NCBI GenBank assembly: GCA_041745875.1
Contig: JBGTIB010000092.1
Coordinates: forward strand, 7,315-71,314
Length of the DNA: 64,000 bases
DNA from: Flavobacteriales bacterium
GTDB lineage: Bacteria > Bacteroidota > Bacteroidia > Flavobacteriales_F > PHOS-HE28
Reading direction: 5' to 3'
The first letter of the stretch is position 1. Each line of letters starts with the position of its first letter. Of the stretch, positions 47,211-55,612 are shown one piece after another. The notes beneath the pieces were generated by a model that saw nothing but the letters and a program-made list of their open reading frames with translations, ran no database searches and was not told the DNA's origin. The position numbers and the translations under genes were made by a program.

Positions 47211-47828
47211 ATGTACCATCTCTTAGTAGCCGATAGCTTGGGCGATGGGCTCCGCGGTCGCTACCTGCACCACCTGTACCAACACGAGTTCGAAGAAGCC
47301 GGCGCACTGGAGCAGGAATTGAATGAGGAGTGGTCCATGCCGCTGGCACAACTGGGTTCCATCTACGAGCAAGCAGGGGGCGATTGGCGTGCGATAACCA
47401 CGGCCGACCAGGACCAGCTACTGGATATGGCCCTCCACCACGCCCCCAGCGCCGGAGCCCATGCCTGGGCCGTGCTCTACTTCACGGGTGTGTTGGACAG
47501 CCTGCCCATACCGAACGTACCTGCCGACCTGAAAAGCCGCGTGCATTGGAAGCCCGCCAAGCGCCAAGGAGCGTTGGAGGTCCCCGCCCTGGGTGTGCTG
47601 CCGAACCCTGCGAGCGATCGCATCGCTTTCACTTATGACGAGGGCTTGGAACAAGGAGTGCTGGAGATCCACGATGCCCAAGGACGCTTGGTACGAACTC
47701 TGCTGCTGAACGGCCGCAAAGGCATGGTGGAGACCGACGTGCGTGTATTGCCAGTGGGACTCTACGCTGTTCGGTTGGTGTTGGATGGTTTGCCCTTAGC
47801 CCATGCAAAGTTCACAGTGGTTCGATGA
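47211..47828 (+). CDS. Short ORF consisting of an approximately 120-aa unknown N-region plus a T9SS type-A-like C-terminal sorting domain; no signal peptide; ATGA-coupled to the next gene.
   Basis: 'VLPNPASDRIAFTYDEG...LEIHDAQGRLVRTL...LPVGLYAVRLVLDGLPLAHAKFTVVR'; high GC3; stop overlaps the downstream start (ATGA at 47825-47828). Confidence 0.45.
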   Translation: MYHLLVADSLGDGLRGRYLHHLYQHEFEEAGALEQELNEEWSMPLAQLGSIYEQAGGDWRAITTADQDQLLDMALHHAPSAGAHAWAVLYFTGVLDSLPIPNVPADLKSRVHWKPAKRQGALEVPALGVLPNPASDRIAFTYDEGLEQGVLEIHDAQGRLVRTLLLNGRKGMVETDVRVLPVGLYAVRLVLDGLPLAHAKFTVVR

Positions 47829-49333
47829 AGTGCCTCTTGTTTACCTTATTGCTCATCTTGACCGGGAGCCTCTGTGCTCCCGGTCAAGATGGCTTCATCG
47901 TACACTTGGATAGCGTGCAAGCGGGCAGGAACGGCTCGGGGATCTCTGTGCGAGAGGTGCCCGATGGGTATCTGGTGTTCTCGCGCCAGTTGTCCCAACA
48001 ATTCCCCGGTACTCCGCATATCTATGTGCGCAAACTGGGCGAAGACGGGCAATTCATCCACCAGCGTGAATATTTGGTGGGCGATCCCCGCGATTTCGAC
48101 ATCGGCTACATCGATGCGGTGGCCACCAGGCCCGATGGTACCTTCGCAGCGGGCATTGCGGAAGGCTGGTGGTACCCGGGCGAAACCTGGCTGTATGTCT
48201 TCGACCAGAACGGCGACACCCTGTCGCGGAGGTTCCTGATGACCTTTCCACCAGCGGATTCCGTGATCCACGCCATACGGCAGACACGAAGCACAAGTGA
48301 TGGTGGATCGATCTTTTGTGGATTCATCAATCGCCCTCCTCTCAATTCATACGCATTCCTGGTTAAGATCTCTCCTGCACAGGATACGGTATGGACACGT
48401 GGATTTGTGCAACAGAGTGGTAGTGGCATGGTCGCCTTGGGGGTGGAGGAATACGTGGATAGTGGATACCTCCTTACAGGCTACCGAAATGGTGTAGCCC
48501 AACACCGCAGCTTCCTGCTGCGCACCGATGCCGATGGCAACGAGCTATGGCGGCGGTACTATGGCAACGTGGGCAGCCAGAACGGCGCGGTGCGCGTGGC
48601 ACCCGACGGCGGGATCATCACGTGGAGCGCTTACAAGGAACCGGCTTGGTCTCTTAACACCCAGGAGATGATGCTCACCAAGTGGAACGCGGAGGGGCAG
48701 GTGGTATGGCAGCGGATGTACTTGTACAACTATCTGAACTATGCCTTCGACATGGAGGTGCTGCCCGATGGATCGATCATCGCCACGGGTGCCTATTTGA
48801 ACAAAGCGGTGCTTATCAAGTTCAACGCGGAGGGAGAAGAACTGTGGTCCCGGGAGCATGCGGTGCTCCACGGCCAACACTACCTCTACGATGTGGAGCC
48901 CACCAGCGATGGCGGCTTCGTATGCACGGGCGTGGCTTGGCGCTCACAAACGCTCGATCCGCAGATCCAACAATCACAGACCATCTGGGTGGTGAAGACC
49001 GACAGCCTGGGCTGCGTGGTGCCCGGCTGCCAGTTGGTAGGCGTGGAGGAATACCTGCTGGACCTCAACGAGCATCTACGCATCTGGCCCAACCCGGTGG
49101 CCCGTGGCACGCCGCTGCAACTGAGCTTTACACCGACACCTGAGTTCATGCCCAATGGCCCGTTGCGCTTGGTGGTGTTGGATGCCATGGGCAGGCAGGT
49201 ACACGAGAAGTCCATTGGCACAGGCACCGGCACTCGCCAACTCGCCAACTTGCCGCTTGCCGCTGGGCTCTACTACCTGCACCTCACCGATGGCACACGC
49301 TGGCTGGCAGGGGGCAAGGTGGTGGTGGAGTAG
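47825..49333 (+). CDS. Secreted protein of unknown function (502 aa) with a T9SS type-A C-terminal sorting domain; copy 1 of a tandem pair.
   Basis: Signal peptide 'MKCLLFTLLLILTGSLCAPGQ'; C-terminus 'LRIWPNPVARGTPLQLSF...LRLVVLDAMGRQV...GLYYLHLTDGTRWLAGGKVVVE'. Confidence 0.75.
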   Translation: MKCLLFTLLLILTGSLCAPGQDGFIVHLDSVQAGRNGSGISVREVPDGYLVFSRQLSQQFPGTPHIYVRKLGEDGQFIHQREYLVGDPRDFDIGYIDAVATRPDGTFAAGIAEGWWYPGETWLYVFDQNGDTLSRRFLMTFPPADSVIHAIRQTRSTSDGGSIFCGFINRPPLNSYAFLVKISPAQDTVWTRGFVQQSGSGMVALGVEEYVDSGYLLTGYRNGVAQHRSFLLRTDADGNELWRRYYGNVGSQNGAVRVAPDGGIITWSAYKEPAWSLNTQEMMLTKWNAEGQVVWQRMYLYNYLNYAFDMEVLPDGSIIATGAYLNKAVLIKFNAEGEELWSREHAVLHGQHYLYDVEPTSDGGFVCTGVAWRSQTLDPQIQQSQTIWVVKTDSLGCVVPGCQLVGVEEYLLDLNEHLRIWPNPVARGTPLQLSFTPTPEFMPNGPLRLVVLDAMGRQVHEKSIGTGTGTRQLANLPLAAGLYYLHLTDGTRWLAGGKVVVE

Positions 49334-49397
49334 GCAGCGGCTGCGCTGGGTCGAGCACCGGTTTCCACTTCCATTGACACCGATGTAGTTTCACGGC

Positions 49398-49811
49398 ATG
49401 CGCACCACCACGGCCCTCCACCACGCCCCCAGTGCCGGTGCCCATGCCTGGGCCGTGCTCTACTTCACAGGTGTGCTCGACAGCCTGCCGATCCCGGATG
49501 TGCCAGCCGACCTGAAAAGTCGGGTACTCTGGAAGCCCGCTAAACGCGGGGGGGTAGTAGAGATCCCCGCCTTGGGTGTGTTGCCGAACCCTGCGAGCGA
49601 TCGCATCGCGTTCACTTATGACGAGGGTCTGGAGCAAGGAGTGCTGGAGATCCACGATGCCCAAGGTCGCCTGATACGAACTCTGCCGCTGAACGGGCGT
49701 AAAGGGATGGTGGAGTCCGACGTACGCGTCTTGCCTGCTGGCCTCTACGCTGTGCGGTTGGTATTAAATGACTTGCCCTTGGCCCATGCTAAGTTCACTG
49801 TCGTTCGATGA
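49398..49811 (+). CDS. Second, N-terminally truncated copy of the short CTD ORF (137 aa), again ATGA-coupled to the downstream gene.
   Basis: About 90% identical to residues 100-205 of the 47211..47828 ORF ('ALHHAPSAGAHAWAVLYFTGVLDSLPIP...AHAKFTVVR'); ATGA at 49808-49811. Confidence 0.4.
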   Translation: MRTTTALHHAPSAGAHAWAVLYFTGVLDSLPIPDVPADLKSRVLWKPAKRGGVVEIPALGVLPNPASDRIAFTYDEGLEQGVLEIHDAQGRLIRTLPLNGRKGMVESDVRVLPAGLYAVRLVLNDLPLAHAKFTVVR

Positions 49812-51310
49812 AATGCCGCTTGCTGTCCATATTGCTGGTCTTGACCGGGAGCTTACAGGCTCCCGGCCAGGACGGCTTCATTGCTCATTTCGACAGCATC
49901 CAAGCTGGCCGTAGTGGTTCGGGTATTGCTGTGCGTGAGGTGGAGCAGGGGTATCTATTGTTCGCCCGACAGTTCGCTCAGGACATGCCAACAAGATCTC
50001 GGGTGTTCGTACGAAAGCTGAATGAACTGGGGCTGTTCCTTCAGGAATACGAACACCGCCCTGGTGAGAACCGGAACTTCGATATTGGTTACATCGATGC
50101 GGTGGCGAACGCACCGGATGGCACCTACATCGCGGCCTTGGCAGAAGGTTACGGTTACACCGGGGAGACATGGCTGTACCGCTTCGATACGGATGGCGAT
50201 ACTATTTCGCGCAGGTTCTTGATGACATACCCGATCACGGACTCATTGACCAATGCCATCCGGCAGACCCGGAGGATGGTGGATGGTTCCATTCTGCTGT
50301 GCGGGTTCCGGCAACGCTCAAATGACCCAACGTTCGCGTTGTTGGTGAAAGTGGACCCTGAAGGCGATACCCTATGGACCCGGGCGTTCATCCAAACAAA
50401 CGGGAGTGGAATGGTAGCTTTGGGTGTTGAGGAGTATGTGGACGGCGGGGTCTTGCTGACGGGATTCCGCACCGGCGCAGCCTTCAACCGCAGCTTCCTA
50501 CTGCGCACCGATGCCGATGGCAACGAACTATGGCGGCGGTACTACGGCAACGTGGCCAGCCAGAACGGCGCGGTGCGCGTGGACCCCGATGGTGGGATCA
50601 TCACGTGGAATAATTACAAAGAGCCTGGCACCCCATTGGACGAGCAGGAGATGATGCTCACCAAGTGGAACGCCGAGGGGCAGGTGGTGTGGCAGCGAAA
50701 AATGTTCTACGGCTACTATTGTAGCACATACGATCTGGAGGTATTGCCCGATGGGGATATCATCTGTACCGGAGCCTTGGGTGGGAGTGCGAAGCTGCTT
50801 CGCTTCAACAGCGTTGGTGATCTGCTTTGGGCCCGGGATATCAGCATACTGAATAGTTTCCACTTGCTCTACGATGTGGAGTCCACCAGCGATGGCGGCT
50901 TCGTATGCACGGGCGTGGCCTGGCGCGATCCGGTCTTCGATCCGGATATCCAGCAATCGCAGACCATCTGGGTGGTGAAGACCGACAGCCTGGGCTGCGT
51001 GGTGCCGGGCTGCCAACTGGTAGGGGTGGAGGAATACGTGATGGACCTGAACGAGCACCTGCGCATCTGGCCCAACCCGGTGGCCCGTGGTACGCCGCTG
51101 CAACTGAGCTTCACACCGCCACCTGAGTTCATGCCCAATGGCCCGTTGCGCTTGGTGGTGTTGGACGCGCTGGGCAGAACCGTTCAGGAGGGAGCGCTGC
51201 GCGGCTCAGCCGGACAACTGACAACTGACAACCTATCCAACGGCCTTTACCACCTCAGTCTAACCGACAACACCCGCTGGCTGGCCGGGGGCAAGGTGGT
51301 GGTGGAATGA
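49808..51310 (+). CDS. Copy 2 of the tandem pair: secreted T9SS type-A CTD protein (500 aa), about 70% identical to 47825..49333.
   Basis: Signal peptide 'MKCRLLSILLVLTGSLQAPGQ'; identical C-terminal blocks ('NEHLRIWPNPVARGTPLQLSFTP...LAGGKVVVE'). Confidence 0.75.
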   Translation: MKCRLLSILLVLTGSLQAPGQDGFIAHFDSIQAGRSGSGIAVREVEQGYLLFARQFAQDMPTRSRVFVRKLNELGLFLQEYEHRPGENRNFDIGYIDAVANAPDGTYIAALAEGYGYTGETWLYRFDTDGDTISRRFLMTYPITDSLTNAIRQTRRMVDGSILLCGFRQRSNDPTFALLVKVDPEGDTLWTRAFIQTNGSGMVALGVEEYVDGGVLLTGFRTGAAFNRSFLLRTDADGNELWRRYYGNVASQNGAVRVDPDGGIITWNNYKEPGTPLDEQEMMLTKWNAEGQVVWQRKMFYGYYCSTYDLEVLPDGDIICTGALGGSAKLLRFNSVGDLLWARDISILNSFHLLYDVESTSDGGFVCTGVAWRDPVFDPDIQQSQTIWVVKTDSLGCVVPGCQLVGVEEYVMDLNEHLRIWPNPVARGTPLQLSFTPPPEFMPNGPLRLVVLDALGRTVQEGALRGSAGQLTTDNLSNGLYHLSLTDNTRWLAGGKVVVE

Positions 51311-51336
51311 GCCAAGGCCTTTGAGGGCTACTGCTA

Positions 51337-52068
51337 TCACAAACTCAACAACTCCTTGAAACGGGATGCTTGTCTGCGGCTTACCTCCAACTGTTCACCC
51401 TCCTGTCCGGTCTTCGTGTTGGGTTTGAGCTTCACCATGAGGCCGCCATTGAACCAGGGCTCGATCTTGTCCACCCAGCGCAGGTTGATGATGTGCTTGC
51501 GGTTGGCGCGGAAGAACACGTGGGGGTCCAGCTTCTCCTCCAGCTTGTTCAGACTGCGCAGCACCAGCGGTTTCTGGTCGCCGAAACGCACCCGCACATA
51601 GTTGCCCTCGCTCTCGAACCAGCGCACATCCTTCAAGGTCACGAACCAGCACTTCTCACCGTCCTTCAGGAAGATCTGGTCCTCCTCGCGCAGGATGTCG
51701 CGCAGCGTTCCACCGCTCTCGTTGCTTTGCTTGAGCTTGTTCAGTGCAGCGTCCAGCCGGTCCGGATCGATGGGCTTCAACAGGTAGTCCAGCGCATTCA
51801 CCGCGAAGGCTTTCAGTGCATGCTCGTCGTAGGCCGTGACGAAGATCACCTGCGGCGTGGATTCGAGGCTTTCCAGCAGTTCGAAGCCACTGCGCCCCGG
51901 CATATTGATGTCCAGGAACAGCAGGTCGGGGTGTTCCTTCGCGATCAACTCTTCGGCCTCGTCGGCGTTGGCCGCTTCACCCACGATGGTGATGCCTTCG
52001 TGCTTCGCGAGCATGCCGGCCAGTTCCTTCCGCGCCAGGCGTTCGTCATCGATGATCAGTGCTTTCAT
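51337..52068 (-). CDS. LytTR-family response regulator.
   Basis: Receiver 'MKALIIDDERLARKEL...DLLFLDINMPGRSGFELLESL' plus a C-terminal LytTR DNA-binding domain. Confidence 0.88.
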   Translation of the reverse strand: MKALIIDDERLARKELAGMLAKHEGITIVGEAANADEAEELIAKEHPDLLFLDINMPGRSGFELLESLESTPQVIFVTAYDEHALKAFAVNALDYLLKPIDPDRLDAALNKLKQSNESGGTLRDILREEDQIFLKDGEKCWFVTLKDVRWFESEGNYVRVRFGDQKPLVLRSLNKLEEKLDPHVFFRANRKHIINLRWVDKIEPWFNGGLMVKLKPNTKTGQEGEQLEVSRRQASRFKELLSL

Positions 52069-52149
52069 GATGGTGTGTTCATTGTGTTGCTCCCGCTGTG
52101 AAGTTCGGTGCCCTAGGTTCTGTTGTCATCGTCCATGTGCGTCACGTGC

Positions 52150-53268
52150 TCATGCTCCCTCGACCGGTAGTTCCACCTTCGTGACCACCATGCCATCCTC
52201 GTTCTCAATGGTCATCTGGGCCTTGCTCCCATAGAGGATCTGGAGGCGCTTCCTGGTGTTGCGCAGCCCGATGCCCGTGCCGTTGATGCGACCCGGCTCA
52301 TAGTGCCCACTGTTGCGAATGGTGAGCACAAGTTCGTTCCCGGTGCGTGCTGCCGAGATGATCAGGTCGCCACCACCGGGTGAGCGTGCCACCCCATGCC
52401 GCACCGCGTTCTCCACCAGCGTTTGCAGCAACATGGGCGGCACGGGCACGCGCTCCAGACCTGTCTGCAGATCGAAATTCACGCGCAGCCGCTCTTCATA
52501 ACGCATGGCTTCCAGGGCCAGATAGGCCTTCACGATGTCGATCTCCTCGCCCAGGGGGACCACCTTGCGTTTCACACTGGCCATGGCATTGCGCAGGATG
52601 GCGCTCAACTGGGTGATGGCACGTTTCGCCTGCTCGGGCTCATCGTCGATCAGCGCACGGATGCCGTTGAGCGCATTGAACATGAAGTGCGGGTTCATCT
52701 GAGCACGCAGGTTGCCCAGCTGGTTCTCTCGGTCGGCCGTTTCAAGGCGCAGGATGCGGATCTCCTCCCGGCGACTTCGCATGAAATAATTGTAGGCGAA
52801 GTAGGCCAGCGACCAGATCAGCAGCAATACGGTCCAGTTCAGGATGCGCCCGAACAGGTCCAATGCGCCCCGCATCAGCAGCGAGTTGTAGGCCGGGAAG
52901 AGCAGGTCGTGGAGAAGACCCTCCACCACGAATGCCGTGATGCCCAATAACAAGGCGCACAAGGCCAGCCGCGGGAGCACCACACCCAAACCTTTCTCCA
53001 ACAGCCGGAAACGCAGGATGATGAAGCGGAACAGATGACTGACGCCCACCCCGGTGAAGAACACCAGGAAGAGCACCAACAGCGCTTCGTTCGAAAGTGT
53101 TCCCGCGAAATAGTCCCGCAGTCCGAAGAGGCCCACGAACAAACCCCAACTGCTGAGCTGCGTGATCCAGTACAGCGAGCGCGTGGTGCGTATCCCGTTC
53201 CGTGTGCGTGGCGCTGCCATGATCGTGACGAAAGTACCCCATGCCGCCAAGGTGCCTGGGTCGATCAC
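52150..53268 (-). CDS. LytS-type sensor histidine kinase (His_kinase + HATPase_c) with an N-terminal polytopic membrane sensor.
   Basis: 'HFMFNALNGIRALI' (His_kinase internal region); G-box 'GTGIGLRNTRKRLQILYG'; about six TM helices at the N-terminus. Confidence 0.85.
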   Translation of the reverse strand: MIDPGTLAAWGTFVTIMAAPRTRNGIRTTRSLYWITQLSSWGLFVGLFGLRDYFAGTLSNEALLVLFLVFFTGVGVSHLFRFIILRFRLLEKGLGVVLPRLALCALLLGITAFVVEGLLHDLLFPAYNSLLMRGALDLFGRILNWTVLLLIWSLAYFAYNYFMRSRREEIRILRLETADRENQLGNLRAQMNPHFMFNALNGIRALIDDEPEQAKRAITQLSAILRNAMASVKRKVVPLGEEIDIVKAYLALEAMRYEERLRVNFDLQTGLERVPVPPMLLQTLVENAVRHGVARSPGGGDLIISAARTGNELVLTIRNSGHYEPGRINGTGIGLRNTRKRLQILYGSKAQMTIENEDGMVVTKVELPVEGA

Positions 53269-53351
53269 ACGAACGGCATGGCCCCGGGCCGGACGGTGCT
53301 TTCATCCTCCCAAGCCACGCACAGGGCTGGTTTACCTTTGTCTGGCTTCAG

Positions 53352-53930
53352 ATGAATTTTCTCGGCCACCTCTTCCTTTCCATCGACGGACCGCCCCTGG
53401 TGATCGTCGGGAATTTCATGGCCGATGCGGTGAAGGGCCGCGACCTCTCCCGATTCCACCCTGAACTGGAGCATGGGATCCGCCTCCATCGGGCGATAGA
53501 CACTTTTACGGATCAACATCCGATGCAACGGATCGGCCGGGATCGCGTACGCAAGTATGCCGGGCGGTATTCCGGGGTGGTCATGGACCTGTTCTACGAC
53601 CACTTGCTGGCCGCCCAATGGCACCACTGGCATACTGAACCGCTGCCTGTTTTCGCGCAACATATGTACAAGCTGTTGCATACCCACCACGCCCTGCTTC
53701 CCGAACGCACCCGGGCCATGCTGCCCTATATGGTCCAGGGCGACTGGCTGTCGTCGTATGCGACCTTGGCGGGTATCGGCCGGGCCTTGAATGGACTCTC
53801 GCAACGCGCGAGGGAGGGTTCCGTGATGGCTGGTGCGGAACAGGTCCTGGCAGCGCATATGGACAGCTACCGGAGCGAGTTCAACGCCTTCCTCAGCGAT
53901 ATCAAGGAACACCTCAAGCAAAGGACATGA
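53352..53930 (+). CDS. acpH: Acyl carrier protein phosphodiesterase (AcpH).
   Basis: 'MNFLGHLFLS...' is a hallmark AcpH N-terminus; 192 aa; the upstream track ORF extension (53241) was rejected. Confidence 0.7.
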   Translation: MNFLGHLFLSIDGPPLVIVGNFMADAVKGRDLSRFHPELEHGIRLHRAIDTFTDQHPMQRIGRDRVRKYAGRYSGVVMDLFYDHLLAAQWHHWHTEPLPVFAQHMYKLLHTHHALLPERTRAMLPYMVQGDWLSSYATLAGIGRALNGLSQRAREGSVMAGAEQVLAAHMDSYRSEFNAFLSDIKEHLKQRT

Positions 53931-55408
53931 GGCGTCAACGGATATTGGTCATGGGGGCGACGCTCGCCCTTGCGCTGCTGGTTGCGGCGCACTTCGCCAT
54001 GCGTGATGGGGGCGTAGAAAGGACCAGATCCGAAGTGCCTTGGAACGAGCCGAAGGTGGAAAGGGACCTCGTCACGATCGGATCGGATACCCTGCGCGTG
54101 ATCGTGCTTGCCGACCCGCTGACCTATGAACAACGTCCCAAGGCCGTTTCCGGCCTGGAGTATGAACTTCTGCAGCGTTTCGCGAGAAGCCATGACCTTC
54201 ATCTGGAAGTGTTGCCGATGGACCACCCGGACAGCATGCTGCTGGCCTTGCAGCAAGGTCGGGGTGATATCATCGCAGCGCAGTGGCCTCCGCGCAGCGA
54301 TCGCAGGAAGTGGGTGGAATTCACGATCCCGTACCGCACCGTGTACCCCACCCTGGCCGTGCTCCGAGGCGATCCCCTGGCCAAGCGCAGCGCCGAGCCC
54401 GAATCAGGGGCCGTGGTGGACCAGGCTATCGATACGGCGTGGATCACCGGTTGGTCCCCCTTCTCCGATCCCGACTATCGCTTCGAAGGGCATGCGGTAC
54501 GCACCATCCAAATGCACGCTGACCCGTTCATCAGCCCCGATGATCTGATGATGGAATTGGTGATGGGCCGTCACGATGCGATGATCACCACGGACGCCCG
54601 CTCCTCGCATGAAGCCGCGCGCTTTCCCGTCCTGGAATTCACTGCTCTTCGTGGACCAGGTCAGCCACTTTGCTTCGCGCTGCGCAGGAATTCCCCGGAA
54701 CTACTGGGTGCCCTCAACGAATGGCTGGCCGACCCACTTGAGATCGAAGCACGGGAACTGTTCTTCAGGGCGTACGTGGGTCGCATGCCCAAGCCCGGAC
54801 CATTGCGCGTGAGAAAAGGCGTGCCCGTGGTGGGCGACAGTATTTCGCCCTTCGATCACCATTTCCGCATCCATGCCAACGACATGCCCTGGGACTGGGA
54901 ACTGCTGGCCGCCATGGCCTACAAGGAATCACGCTTCGACAGCACGGTCACCTCGCATATGGGTGCCATGGGTATCATGCAGTTGATGCCCCGCACGGCG
55001 CAACGACTCGGCGTCGACCCCGAACTGGGCATGCAGGACCATATCCGCGCCGCCACCCGCTACATCAACAAGTTGGACACCATGTGGATGCGCGCCATTC
55101 CCGACCGTGAGGTACGCTTGCGCTTCGTACTCGCCTCCTACAACGCGGGACCGGGCCACATCATCGATGCCCAGCGACTTGCGGAACAACTGGGCCTTGA
55201 TCCGAAAAAGTGGGAGCACAATGTGGAACGGGCCGTTCTGCTGCTGGCCAAACCCCGCTACTACACCCGGGCCGGCATGCGCAATGGGTACTGCCAGGGC
55301 AGCCAGGTTTTCCACTATGTGCGCGACGTGGTGTCCATGTATCGTCAGCTCAAGGGCAGACCGCGCCAGGAGGCGGATCCATCCAAGTTGACCGTCAGTC
55401 TGGATTGA
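53927..55408 (+). CDS. mltF: Membrane-bound lytic murein transglycosylase F-like protein (solute-binding-like domain plus SLT domain).
   Basis: SLT catalytic block 'LLAAMAYKESRFDSTVTSHMGAMGIMQLMPRTAQRLGVD...SYNAGPGHI'; N-terminal PBP-like domain; ATGA overlap with acpH. Confidence 0.8.
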   Translation: MRRQRILVMGATLALALLVAAHFAMRDGGVERTRSEVPWNEPKVERDLVTIGSDTLRVIVLADPLTYEQRPKAVSGLEYELLQRFARSHDLHLEVLPMDHPDSMLLALQQGRGDIIAAQWPPRSDRRKWVEFTIPYRTVYPTLAVLRGDPLAKRSAEPESGAVVDQAIDTAWITGWSPFSDPDYRFEGHAVRTIQMHADPFISPDDLMMELVMGRHDAMITTDARSSHEAARFPVLEFTALRGPGQPLCFALRRNSPELLGALNEWLADPLEIEARELFFRAYVGRMPKPGPLRVRKGVPVVGDSISPFDHHFRIHANDMPWDWELLAAMAYKESRFDSTVTSHMGAMGIMQLMPRTAQRLGVDPELGMQDHIRAATRYINKLDTMWMRAIPDREVRLRFVLASYNAGPGHIIDAQRLAEQLGLDPKKWEHNVERAVLLLAKPRYYTRAGMRNGYCQGSQVFHYVRDVVSMYRQLKGRPRQEADPSKLTVSLD

Positions 55409-55612
55409 CCCGGACCGTGGACCTTGGTGTTCACAACTGCGCCATACCGCTGGAACTGTTGCGGCCGTAGTGCTTGACCCGGCTTCAACAGCGGGACAAC
55501 AGCTTGCCCAAGTGTACGAGCAGCGCTCGTGGGACCGCAAGGATGGGTCCAGTGGGGTAGGGTGGTGACAGAGTCCATTCCGGTACATTGCAGCACCTCG
55601 CTCGCTCCCGAC

